This document shows positions 12,039 to 24,842 of a DNA stretch of 64,000 nt, one piece after another. This DNA is from Squalus acanthias (lineage: Eukaryota). The position numbers and the translations under genes are program-made. How positions within the stretch are numbered: the first letter of the stretch is position 1; every line of letters starts with the position of its first letter. The notes under the pieces are model-generated. The model saw nothing but the letters and a program-made list of their open reading frames with translations, was not told the DNA's origin and did no database searches. The stretch lies in contig CM059433.1 of assembly GCA_030390025.1 (NCBI GenBank), forward strand, positions 6,572,001-6,636,000, read 5' to 3'.

Positions 12039-13554
12039 GTTGACTGTTTCTCTCTCCACGGATGCTGCCTGGCCTGCTGAGTTTTTCCGGCATTTTCTGT
12101 TGTTATCCCACGTTGCTAACATGGGAATGATGGAAAATATAATATATGATGTCACTTCGTTATTTACTGCTTAATTTGACTACAAGTGGCTATATTTGAG
12201 CAAGTGCTTCCAGCATCCGGCATCTGGCAGAGATGACCATAGAAGATTAGAATGAAGCCAAAACAGGGCAGGGACCCAGTGGAAAAATGACTCACCAAAT
12301 ATTCCGCCAGAATATCAGCATTACTCAGACATAAGATCCTTCCGAGAGAGCACTGTGACAACCCAGGTCACATAATAACCGGGCGCAACATTTACAAATA
12401 AAAGCGATGAAATAAGTGGGGGGGAAAGCTAACATAAAAATTTAATATTTACAGCACTTTATACAGTTTAGCTGTTATATGATATTACAAGGTGTGGGAT
12501 GAGACTTTTTTTTGGTGTAGTTAAGGAAAACTGACATTTTTACCAGGAGCCGGAGGAGAATATTTATGAAGCACTCTGAAGCTTAGTTGGACCTTGCAGC
12601 AGTAGGTCAAACTCAAGCCATCGTAAACGTTCATGGTGCTGGTCACCGGAGAAGCATTGCTTGCTGCAAATCAACAACAGCTTCAGCAAGAGCCACAAAT
12701 CAGCAGCAGTAGATAAGGGGAAGAAAAATAATTAATATGTCAAATAGATTTTTAGGAGGGAAAAGGGAAGAATATGCCAATAAATTATAGTGCTACATTG
12801 TAAGCAAATACTGTAAATCCAAAAAAAAATGTATATTGTATAATGTAATAGCTGAACATTACAACTATGATCCTAACTACCCATGAGGAATGCCACAGGA
12901 GAAACACTAATATATATATATAGGATATAGCATACTGTAAAAAACTGAGAATAAAAGGTTTTCAGGAGGAATGAATAAAGTTACTTACATCTTAAGCAAG
13001 TCTCTAAAAGCAATGGATAAAGAGTATTGCAGCTATTAATAATCTTTCAATATTAGTAAGGGGTGTAACATTTATACTCGTGTGAGCTATGTAATATATT
13101 GCTGCCGTAAATTTGCTGCACTCTAACACCAGGCTTGCTGCTGTCACATTTGAGTTGTCCTGCGACTGTACTCAGCATCAGAATCTGTGCGCCAGGCTCC
13201 AGCTTAGCTGTGTGGAGTACCACAGGAGATCGACTAGCACGTCACTGAAGTAGAACACCACATGTGAAGATTAATCAGTACAGCATTTATTTCACTGATG
13301 AAGGAGACTTACATAACTCATCCATGGAATAAAGTTTGTATTGAATTCACATACAACAGCAGCTGCACTCTCATATACTATGTATATAGGCACACAATAC
13401 TTTTGTCAATACTGAGCTAATAACATTGTAGTACTATTATGTTTCTCTTTAAAATATAGCAAGTAAAAGACAAGGAATGAATTACAGTGATCTTCAAGCA
13501 TGTGATTATCCTGAGTGTTGCGATTCTGCAAACAATGAAGTGTTATAGTTTTAT

Positions 13555-13593
13555 GAGTTCTGACGAAGGGTACCAGACCTGAAACGTTAACTC
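13555..13593 (+). ncRNA. Minimal type I hammerhead ribozyme motif within the repeat at 13555-13690
   Basis: GAGUU-CUGACGA-AGGGUACCAGACCU-GAAAC-GUU-AACUC: conserved core, stem I GAGUU/AACUC, loopless palindromic stem III. Confidence 0.7.
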
Positions 13594-14276
13594 TGTTTCT
13601 CTCTCGCCTTGATGCTGCCTGGCCTGCTGAGTGTTCCCAGCATTTTCTGTTGTTATTTCAGATTTCCAACATCCGCAGTATTTTGCTATTGAAATATTAT
13701 AGTATTGATTATCCACAAAAGTCAACGATTTTTTAAAAAAAGGACTTGATGTCCGCAATGCCAGCAGCTTCTGGCTCGTGATCAGCTTGATGTTCAAAGC
13801 AACCATGTGTAGATAATTGGCTGAATTCATCATTGCTCCTGCTGTTATAAAAATAGTTCACAGACACTGGGCATAAATGGACACCATTACACGAAACAGA
13901 GGAAACCGGAGCCTAATATATTAGAGCGTTTGTTACAAAAATATTTCTACCAGAATGATCGACTATTTAAAACGAAAAGCAGAACAGTGTAATATATTGG
14001 ATCACGGATAGAGGGCACTTGATGAGAATGGAGGAAGTTAAGTTTTGGTAAGCTCCTCTGAACACTCAGTGAGGGTAATTTTGACTTTGGGCGATAGTGT
14101 AAAGTGGACAATATCGGGAGAGATGTATAATCAGTGGCTGATCTAGCGCCCATTTTACATTATTCCAAAAGTTAAAATTACTCCCAGTGAGTTTATTCAG
14201 TAAGTAGCTGAACCATACAGACCAGGAACCCTGGAGTTCAGGTACTTTTTTCTTTACCACTGAGTTGAAAGAATGT

Positions 14277-16815
14277 GGGGGTTAAATTGTATGGGGCGCA
14301 AAAACGGGTGCAGAGATCGCGAAGTGCGATTTGCCCGCGCCCGTCCAAAGTGGTGCAGGCAGCACGCAAAATTCGTGCTGCCTGCTCATTATAATGATTG
14401 GAGCACTGAACTCAGTGATAAACGCGCAGCTGATTGGCTTACCGCTCAACAGGGGGCGGGGACAATATCGGGTGCAGTCTACTGGCCAATAAAATTTTGC
14501 ACTTCTTAAAGGGGAGGTGCTTTGTTGCAGAAGCCCCTCATTGTCACTCTGGATGCAGCCATGTCGCAACAGGGAAGAGAAAGGGCAAAGCGCTTCTCAG
14601 ATGCAGCACTGGAGGCCTTGGTCCTGGGGTACACAGAAGAAGACAGGTCCTCTACCCGCAGGGGGGCAGGAGGCCTTCCAGACAGAACGCCAGAAGGCAG
14701 TAGGAGGAGATAGCAGAGGCCATCAGTGCCACGTGTGTTGCCTCCAGGACCTGGATCCAGTGCCGCAAGAAGTTTAATGACTTCACATGAGTGGTCAAGG
14801 TGAGTGAATGCATCTTCAAATGCCATATCCCACCAACTGCACCACTAGCCTCACACACTGCTCAATGCACCACACCCCCATCACTCACCTACCAGCAATC
14901 TCTAGCAATCACCACGCACACCTCACAATCATGGCTTCACCTCACCCTCACACCCACTGCTGCAAGCCTCACACCCACATCTCACACCTTACACACAATG
15001 TCAGCTATTAAACCATGACAGGCATATCACCCAAACACATTGCACCACACTCACTGACACACTTTCCTTTCTCTTGCAGGCGAAGGGAAGTGTGACTGCA
15101 AAACCTTACTGTGGTGGGGGAGACGGTGCTGGAGATAGTTGGAGGGACCGTCACTGAGGCCGTGGCGAGCAGAGAGGTTGAAAGCATTGCTGATGACGGT
15201 ATGCTCCTTCTTCTCACGTTTCATTTCTCCCTCATGGCACAATCTCTTCTCACTTACAAGCTGCTGATGGTGTAGGCATTCACATCTTGCTTCCCCCCCC
15301 ACCCCCCGAGCCCCTTACCACAACCTTTCAGATACCTCAAAAACTGCCAGCAGCTCAGCCAGTCCCCGACCAAGTAGAGGAGGAGAGTGATGGAGAAGAA
15401 GAGGCACTGTCGCTCGATCTGACACTACCTGGCACCAGCTCAGAAAATGGCACTGCGCTGAGGGTAGTATAGAGGCGGGAACTGCACATGGTGAGTCACC
15501 GGGCACGAGTGGGCTGCAGCCATGCCAGGGGGGAAAGGGTAGCTCGGGTGCCAGCTCCCCGGAGGGCGAGTTCGCTCACGGGTTCCGCCCCACAGGACTC
15601 AGCTGAGGACTTCAATGGAGCAGATTTCAGAAGAAGGGTGATGTGCAAGCACACAGAAATGTTTGGTGCAATGGCAGGCCTGCCAGAGAGCCTCTTGCCA
15701 GTGTCAGGGAGCATGGAGGAGTTCGGCTCCAACATTGCACGGGGTTTTACGCAGAGCTTGGAGCTCATGTTTTCCAGGATGGAAGTCATGGGCAACTCCA
15801 TTAGAGCACTTGTGGAACCAACCCTGATACAGCATCTGATGGCCGATGTTGCAGCTTCCATTGCAGCACAAGCAGAAGCCACCCAATATCTGAGTGCTGC
15901 ACTGGAAGCTCAGACTGCTCACATGCAGGCTCAGCTTGCTGCCATGCAAGCTTGGACTGCTGCCATCATGGCTGGGTTTACCGGTGTGGAAAAAGGCTTG
16001 CAGGGTGTCACAGCCGGCCAGCAATCTGCGCTCCAACAGATGGCTAGGAATGCTGAGGCGCCGTCCCGGGGGAGTGGCAGTAGCTCTGTGGAGCAAGAAC
16101 CTGCTGTCCTCTCGCGGGATGACAGCATTTGTACTCCCACCACTGCCAGTCCGCCAGTGCCCTTGTTGCTGCCTGTCAGCCAGCCAGCCCAGACTGCTGC
16201 CGCCCATGCCGAGATGGGGCAGTCTACAGCCGGGCCTTCTGGGCCCAGAGATACTCGAGGCCATCCTGCAAAGCCATCTGCAGTCTCCCCAACTGAAAGT
16301 CAGCAGCTTTCCATCAGCAGCCTTCTATCAGCCATGCTGCAGCCACTGGGGTAGCACTGCATAGGAGCACTAGGATAGGTAAAGGAACACGAAAGACAGA
16401 CACTAAGGGAATTCACAAGGGTGATTCATTGACTTTGTTATGTAGTATTGGATTGATTCATTTATAAATTATGTTTGGAATATGTGTTTTGTGGTGGCTC
16501 TCATTTCAGCTTTGTGCCCAGGAGGACGCTGTGATGTTCCGTGACAGAGGGATGATAAGGTGGGGAAGTGTTGAAGAACGGGGATCTGGGGTTTCATTCA
16601 GGGGAACCGGAGGCTGATGAGGCGCTCATGGGCAGCCCGTCCGGAACGGGGATCTGCTCCCTCCCTCCCTCCTCCTCCTCCTCCTCCTGAGTTGGTCGCA
16701 GAACCCGAGGGGGGCAAGGGCTGTGCGCTCATGATAGCCAAGTTGCGGAGGATGCAGCAGACCACCACGAAAGGGTACACCCGGGTGTACTGGAGGACTC
16801 CTCCCGAGCGGTCAG
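14277..16815 (+). mobile_element. Decayed Harbinger: 3-exon Myb/SANT pseudogene (+) and transposase 3' remnant (-, 16598-16815)
   Basis: GGGGGTTAAATT terminus; ATG at 14561 gives MSQQGRERAKRFSDAALEALV...WIQCRKKFND with stops; donors at 14800 and near 15199; DRSGGVLQY...CCILRNLAI on the minus strand. Confidence 0.8.
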
Positions 16816-17471
16816 AGAACTTCTTTTGGCACAGCATCGGGACAGTACAGCCAGAGTTCAGTTTCTCCACTTTATTTGCCGCCATGCATTCGACGCAGCT
16901 GTTGCTCCGAACACCACCCGCCCAGGAACACCGTCCCACTGCACGCTCAATGCCAGTGATTCTCCTGTGGCATTGCTCACAGGTAGTCTTGGATCTGAAG
17001 CACAGTTGTGAAGCTTAGCTGCTAATCTGCCCATGGCCTTTAAGGCTCCTGCTCTAAACAGGAAAATGCAGGTAAATCCAACTAATTATTGATTGCTCAG
17101 ATCAATCAAAAGGCAGCTGTAACTGCTCGTAAAATGCAGGCTCCGAGTCAATCATCCACTTTCCTTTTCATTATTTAAAGATTGTTTTTGCATCTATACC
17201 TGAGGGTGATGACACAGGCACACTGGATCACTTGGGCACAGCAAATATCAAAAAATCATCCCGGGCAAAGTACGTACCTGTAAATGATCCCCCCCAGTTT
17301 TCTCCCATGATAATTCACCCCTTCAGCGTCACAACTCCAGCTTTCTTTATTTTTTCTTTAAGTGTGATTTATAAAAGTGATGCAGATTTCACAGATAATC
17401 TGGCTTCTGTGTCAAATTGGGGCATTTGTTTTTTTGAGTGTGAATTGTTAAATTCATTGAGATGTTGCAAT

Positions 17472-18237
17472 AGGCCAGAATTTTCTCCAGGGAGGTGGGT
17501 TGAGGGCGGGGGAGGGGGGGGCGGGGCCTCCGAGGCAGGCGGGAAACCCGGGAGGCCGACTTTAACGGCAGGGCCTGATTTGAATGCGAGGCCTCGGATT
17601 CCCGCCCGCAGCCAGCCAGGTGGAGAGGCTGGCTGGCTGTGGGCGGGTAGGCCTGCAGATGTGAGGGATCGGTGGTCCGGGGGAGGGATCGCGGGAGAGG
17701 GGGGGATGGTGTCAGAAATCGGCAGTCGGGGATCGGTTGGGGGGGGGGGGGGAGGCGGAGGAGGGGAGAGAGGATCGGGGCCGGCCTCAGCATCATCAGT
17801 GGGGTGGGGGCCTCATGGTGGGGATCGGAGGCCTGGAAGGCGATCGGAGGCCTTGAGAGGGAGTCTCCGATCGCGGGGGTGGTTGTGGTCGGGTCCCTGG
17901 ATCCAGGAGGTGGGTATAAAGCCACTTACCTCCTGGATGCAGCAGTCCCCGCCTCGGTTTAACTGCCGGGTTTCACGAATTGTGTAAAACCCGTCCACAG
18001 CCAGTGAAATTCAAAATGGAGGTGAAAAAAGAGGCTTCTAGCCTCATTATAATATTTAAATTGACGTACCGCCCCCTGGGAGCGGGTTGGTCGCCCCCTG
18101 TCTCACCCCCACCCCCCATTAAAACCGGAAGTGGGCGGGTTGGAGGCGGGATCAGGTCGGGAATCCCATTTTCAACAATTTAACTGCCCCCCACGCCCCA
18201 AACCCACCCATTTTTTTTTAGGGGAAAATTCCAGCCT
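17472..18237. mobile_element. Harbinger-type MITE with a G-rich interior
   Basis: TIRs AGGCCAGAATTTTC / AGGCTGGAATTTTC; TSD unclear. Confidence 0.6.
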
Positions 18238-20849
18238 ATCTGGACCCTGTGTCAAAGAATGAATGCTTTTGTTTCTTTATGTTGATTGTTTAAAGGGTAA
18301 CACAGAAGTGTAAGTGCAACAGACAGGAAATGCACACTAGACGTACCATTCTGTAATATTAACAAGGTAGGCAGACGAGGAAACATGGGAGCACTTGCTG
18401 CACTGTGGGTTAGTTTTATTTGCGAGATACCAGCGTCAGCTGCTCGAGGGAGTGACGGCAAGCGAAGTTTTTATTTTAATTTAACTGTTTTGTACCTGAC
18501 CTGTCTGATTTGATTTGCATGTTACATAATAGTCATTCCACCAGGTTGCTGATTCCCTTAATGATGGCCAAAAAAAAAGAAAAGATTTCTGGTGAGAAGC
18601 AACCTCACCGTGAGTGTTCAACATAACTGGGTTGGCTCGACTCAATTTGATCTCACAGAATTGATATCCTAATTGTGGTGCTACGTCTCAGAGAAACCGT
18701 GGCATTATGGTGTTGTCACTCTAAACATCATGCACCAGTTGGAACATTGCATCCCTCTTTTTTTTCCCCCCCAGCCCATAAACACAGCAGTGGGCAACGT
18801 AGGTCCTTTAAAACAGTGCAATGACGAGAAGTAACCTTCACATGGCTTCGTGTGTGGAGGAGCTCTCCCCCATCATTTTTGTACCAAAAGTGACATTATC
18901 AGGCATTAAAAGCAATTACATTATAATGAATGGTCTGCACTTATCAGAGGCCATCATAGGCAGAGAAGAGCTGGAGCATAATTAATTAATAATCTGACAT
19001 ATTTTCATATAAATAACAAACACTTACAATCGGGATACAGTTACAGGATAAGTAATTGCACTAATATGCAAGTGAAATTTTCATGCATCAATTCCCACAT
19101 AATGACGTGCACTCTGATATTTACATTATATGATCCAATTATTGTGACAGCTCTAGTCTAGTGCTGCAGTTTGCACTGGTACCTGCCTACGTGCTCTTCA
19201 AGTTACATAATGGATATACCTTTGGAAATGTTTTCTAAATCCTCTATATGATCCTACGATTTTCAAGCTCTCCTACATGAGAAGGCATTTTGAAAACTGA
19301 TTTAATTCCAAAATGACTTTTCTCTTTTCGGAAACTTTAGCAACAGTGATAGCGGAAAGCATCAATATTGGGGAGGGGGTGGCAGGAGGTGAACGAAGAA
19401 TCTGCCTGCTACACTATGCATATTTTAACGTTATCACTTACTCCCACATTTACCACTGCCTGGCTCTCCACTCCTGCTTCCTTCCATGTGTTACCTTTCC
19501 TTTGGCAGGTCCCTTCTCTCTCACTCCTTCCCCCCTCCCGCAACCCCCACCCCCCCCACCCCCCACCTTCAATCAGTGCTCAAGCCCTCCTTTTGACCTA
19601 CCTTGTACTCTGGTGTTCTGTTCCTAATAGACAACACAAGCTGTACTGTTCAGAAGCAATAATAGGAGATAGCAGTGTGCGAATTCCTCCTGTTCTGCTG
19701 CCTTCAGATCACATCTGCTCCAACTGCTGCTGCCCCTTGTGAATTCTGATGCTGCGTTCCACCCACATAAAGGATGGCTAGACCCTGGTGCCGGAAGACT
19801 GCAGAGCCAGGTCATGAGGTCCTCTCAGTCGTGCAGAAAGAAAGGATGAACTCTGTGCGCCTAAGCTCGGTTACTTAATCAGAAACCGATAAAGTGTTTT
19901 CTCTCAGCCCCTCGGAGCAAGGACACAATTCATTATTTGCAAAAGTGTTGAGAAAAAGGAACGAGCCAGAAATCAACAAAATGCAAGCAACATTAAGAAT
20001 AGTAATGATCCATTTGAAATTGAAAAGAAGATTTAAAATGGCAAGAGAGGGGAAATGAACATGTTTTTATGCGGCGAGGTGATTAAAACAATATGAAAGA
20101 AATGGAAACCACAAAGTGAGAAAATTATGCAAAGTTGTGGAATAAGAAAAATAATGACAGAATAACAGGAGATTAGCAACTAAAGCTGCAAATCCTCTCA
20201 TGCGGTGGATGTGACCTCGAGCAGGATGGTGACACCTGTGTGTTATCACTTTTTACGTTATTCATCTCTGGAGTCAAATTTTTGTTAAAAAAGGAGCATT
20301 TTTCAATTAAATTACAAATCACAACCATTCCAAACTCAAATCAAGTAATTTAAAAAAATTAGTTTATGGGATGTGGGCACCGCCGGCAAGGCCAGCATTT
20401 ATTGCCCATCCCTAGTTGCCCTTGAGAAGGTGGTGGTGAGCCGTTGCCTTCTTGAAACGCTGCAGTCCGTGTGGTGAAGGTGCTCCCACAGTGCTGTTAG
20501 GGAGGGAGTTCCAGGATTTTGACCCAGTGACGATGAAGGAACGGCCGATATACTTCCAAGTCAGGATGGTGTGTGTGACTTGAAGGGGAACTTGGAGGTG
20601 GTGGTGTTCCCATGCACCTGTTGCCCTTGTCCTTCTAGGTGGAAGAGGTCGTGGGTTTGGGAGGTGCTGCCGAAGAATTCCGCCCATGAGAAGCAGGCGT
20701 AAATGCAGTTATTGTACAAAGACATGGCATTCTGGCTAATGCAACAGAGGTCTTTACTGCCTCTCAGCGCTAGGAATCCAACTGACTAAGGAGTTACCAC
20801 ACAGACAAAATCTATGAGGATGGTAGTGTAATGGGAATTCAAGAGTGAT

Positions 20850-21308
20850 TACAACAATAACAATAGCAACAACTTGTATTTATATAGCACCTTTAACGTA
20901 GTAAAACGTCCCAAGGTGCTGCACAGGAGTATTATAAGACAAAAAAATTTGACACCGAGCCACATAAGGATAAATTAGGGCAGGTGACCAAAAGCTTGGT
21001 CAAAGAGGTAGGTTTTAAGGAGCGTCTTAAAGGAGGAGAGAGAGGTAGAGAGGTGGAAAGGTTTAGGCAGGGAATTCCAGAGCTTAGGGCCCAGGCAACA
21101 GAAGGCACGACCGCCAAAGGTCGAGCGATTATAATCAGGGATCCTCAAGAGGGCTGAATTAGAGGAGCGCGCAGATATCTTGGGGGGTTGTGGGGCTGGA
21201 GGAGATTACAGAGATAGGGAGGGGTGAGGCCATGGAGGGATTTGAAAACAAGGATGAGAATTTTGAAATCGAGGCGCTGCTTAACCGGGAGCCAATGTAG
21301 GTCAGCGA
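20850..21308 (-). mobile_element. L2 LINE 3' fragment
   Basis: LADLHWLPVKQRLDFKIL peptide; GTT-type tail. Confidence 0.85.
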
Positions 21309-22020
21309 GTAGGTCAGAAATTAGCAACTAATGTGGTGAATAGCAAACTTTGAAGCATTGTCTGCAAGGGTGTCAGCAGCAGTGAAGAAGACCTGGAAAA
21401 CATCGATATCTCTGGCTGGATAAATGGCTGGATGAAGTTGGCAACATGTTATGAAGGAACATTAAAATTGGGTCCAATTCAGGCACTGGGTAATGCTGGG
21501 AGAGCCTTTGTATAGCTTCATCCCTTAAGGCCACAGAAAGAAATAGAATGACCTTGGATTCATACCTCACCTTTCACAATTAAAGAAGCACTGCACAAAG
21601 AACTTTAGAAAGAATCATACCATAGTACATAAAACCTCGGAAACAAGTGTTGATTAATACAACACTGGCCTCACAGCTGGCTGACAAACATGTTTAATGA
21701 TACTGTTTACTGCACTCACCTCAGACATTTATGTAATGGAGGGAGTAGGAAACAAATAGTCATACTATTCGTTCATCCTGATACGGAATTAGGGATGTTA
21801 CAGAACTTCACACATGCTCAACTGCACACACTGACAACTTCTTACAAGCCTCCAACTGCCAGTTAGTTTCCTAATGGTTGAAGAGAGCTGACAGGACTCT
21901 CAGGGTCAGTTGGTAGAAAATACATTGCTGATCTCGCTGAACCCGACCGACTGGGCATCTCGCCCCTTGGCCCCGTAGCGAGTAAGCACGGCCAGAGAGA
22001 CCACCAAGTTGAGAAACAAT

Positions 22021-22901
22021 GGGGGAAAAATTCGGTTGGTTTGTGCCTCCTGTTAGTGCCTTAAGAGGGCACTAATGGGGCGCAAAGCAACTAGCGCCCG
22101 GGCGCGGCGATGTTTGCGCCGCTCGCGAAACTGACCAGACATTTTGCGGCGGCGCTAAACACTACCGCCACGATCTCCTGCGCCCGCAGATCGTGACGTC
22201 AGTCGAGCGTGCAATGCCTCGGACCGGATATTGAGTGGCGCCCCCTGCCTTACCGCCTGCCGCTAGCAACGACAGGTTGAGGGGAACATTTTGCAGTCGG
22301 GAAGGGACTGGGGGAGCGCTATTTAAAGGCGACCGCTTCCTGCCTTTTTTTGTCGCCGACATTTTTGCACCACGCATTCTGAGTGAGACAGAGAGACTTC
22401 TGGAGATATTCAACGCTGTGTGAAGGAGTTTTGGGTACTGAGCAGCACTTTGCAGGTTCATTTTGATTTGATCTTCCTTGCATCGATTTAGAAGAGATTG
22501 TGGGGGCTGCACTCTGAGCTCTTTCCCTGGCCCTCTCCATTGTTCTTTCCAGCAGATTTGATGTACAGGGCTCTCCAGGCAGAGATTCAAGGCTGCAATG
22601 AGCAGGATGTGGATGGAGAACAAGATCGACCCTCTCCTTTAAGAACTGGCCGGCGCCAGTGTGTCTGTGTTCCATTGCTGACTGACATCACATGAGCTTT
22701 GCCCGCACTCTGAGGTAGCGCCTCGCTCCTCGGCATTAGTGCCTTAAGAGAGGTGTGTAGCGCCTGATTTAGCGCTTCAATCACTTCCAGGGGCGATAGA
22801 GGCCAAGTTTGCAGTTGGAGGCGATAATTAGCACCAGGCGCTAAACTTTGCGCCCGGTCAATAATTGTGTCCCAAACGAGGCGATACCGAATTTCTCCCT
22901 C
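22021..22901. mobile_element. Non-autonomous Harbinger (MITE) related to the 1-2701 element
   Basis: GGGGGAAAAATTCGGT...ACCGAATTTCTCCCTC termini; TSD AAT; first ~400 bp align to the reverse complement of about 2270-2701. Confidence 0.9.
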
Positions 22902-23612
22902 AATATCCAATACTTTAAAAAAAAATATTAAACTGTAAATAAAAGGAAGGTTGCGTACTAAGAAAAGTAAAGTCAGTTTGTCTCAATTAGGTTCATAAAG
23001 CCAGCATCATCAGAGTCATACTAAACCTTTAATGCCAGGGCAACAAAAATCTTATCGTTTGCAGGAATGCCGTGTAACAGCAGCAGCATAAATGATCAAT
23101 CAAATCCTTCTATAAACAGAAAAGGGAAATATCAGAATGCAGATTATTCAAACTCAAATATACTGCAGCGTAATCGCTGAAATATGTCCTATTTGTGGCT
23201 ACCTTTCTAATACAAAGACATATAAACAGCCTCTCTCAAGCACAATCTCCACTCGATAACCTTATTAGAAAGGCTGTAGGCCCTAGTGTAGCTCCACCGA
23301 TCAATCCCAAAGTCAAAGATATGGATGATTGGTTGACTCTATATTAGTAGATATGTATCATTCATACATGATAAAGCTGGAAGAAAAAGCTTTATCTTCT
23401 ACTCATTACATTTTCAGTATTCATTCAATAATTCCAAAAAACACTTATTTTTATTAGAAGCAAACTGAACTGAATGTTATATATTAGATAGCACAAGATT
23501 TGAATTGACAATCGTAACAACATTGCAAGATGTGTTGCCTTTGCATCTGTCAAAAAACTTTGCTTTTCCTATTAGGAAGTGAGTAATTCTGGGTATAGAC
23601 ACATCTAAGGAC

Positions 23613-24842
23613 TCTTCTTTTTTTTCTTTTCTTAGGCAATCCCTCGGAACCGAGGATGACTTGCTTCCACACTAAAAGTTAGTTCTCAGGTGACTGATGA
23701 GTCCAATGCGGGACCTACAGTCTCTGTCACAGGTGGGGCAGACGGTGGTTGAAGGGGCGGGTGGGTGGGGTGCTTGGGTTGACGTGCGCTCCTTCCGCTG
23801 TTAGTGCTTGGCTTCCGCTTGCTCCCGGCGAAGAGACTCAAGGTGTTCAGCGCCTTCCCGAATGCTTCTCCTCCACTTTGTGCGGTCTTGGGCCAGGGAT
23901 TCCCAGGTGTCAGTGGGGATGTTGCACTTTTTCAAGGAGGCTTTGATGGTGTCCTTGAAGCGTTTCCTCTGCCCACCTGGGGCTCTCTTGCCGTGTCAGA
24001 GCTCCGAGTAGAGCGCTTGCTTTGGGAGTCTCGTATCGGGCAGGCGGATGATGTGGCCCATCCATCGGAGCTGATCGAGCGTAGTCAAAGCTTCTTTGCT
24101 GGGGATGTTGGCCTGAGCGAGAACACTGACGTTAGTGCGCCTATCCTGCCAATGGATTTGCAGGATCTTGCAGAGGCAGCGTTGGTGGTACCTCTCCAGT
24201 GCTTTGAGGTGCCTGTTGTACATGGTCCATGTCTCTGAAGCATACAGGAGGGCGGGTATCACTACTGCTCTGTAGACCGTGAGCTTGGTGCTGGGTTTGA
24301 GGTCCTGGTCTTCAAACACTCTCTTCCTCAGGCGACCAAAGGCTGCACTGGCACACTGAAGGTGGTGTTGGGCTCAGTCATCGACGTCTGCCCTTGTTGA
24401 GCAGTACTGTGTGGCGGGGGTAGGTTGGTAGAGAACCTTTGTCTTACAGATGTTTGGTGTAAGGCCCATGCTCTCATATGCTTCGGTGAAGGTGTTGACG
24501 ATGGTTTGGAGTTAGACATCAGAGTGTGCGCAGACGCAAGCGTCGTCTGCATACTGTAATTCGATGACAGAGGATGGAACGACCTTGGATCTGGACTGGA
24601 GGCGACGGAGGTTGAACAGTTTCCCGTTTGTTCTGTAGTTTAGCTCCACTCCAGCGGGGAGCTTACTGAGGGTGAGATGGAGCATTGCAGCCAGGAGGAT
24701 CGAGAAGAGCGTTGGTGCGATGACACAGCCTTGCTTGACCCCGGTCCGTACGTGAATTCGGTCTGTGGTGGATCCGTTGGTCAGGATCACGGCTTGCATG
24801 TCGTCGTGAAGCAGGCGGAGGATGGTGACAAACTTTTGACAA
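23613..24842 (-). mobile_element. RTE-clade LINE, 5'-truncated and internally deleted
   Basis: GVKQGCVIAPTLF...LQYADD and KLTVYRAVVIPALLYASETW peptides; A-rich tail; 83-bp TSD. Confidence 0.9.

Noticed and set aside
17232-17987. 251-aa Gly-rich ORF
   Set aside because: Runs through a G-rich MITE; low complexity and no recognisable domain.
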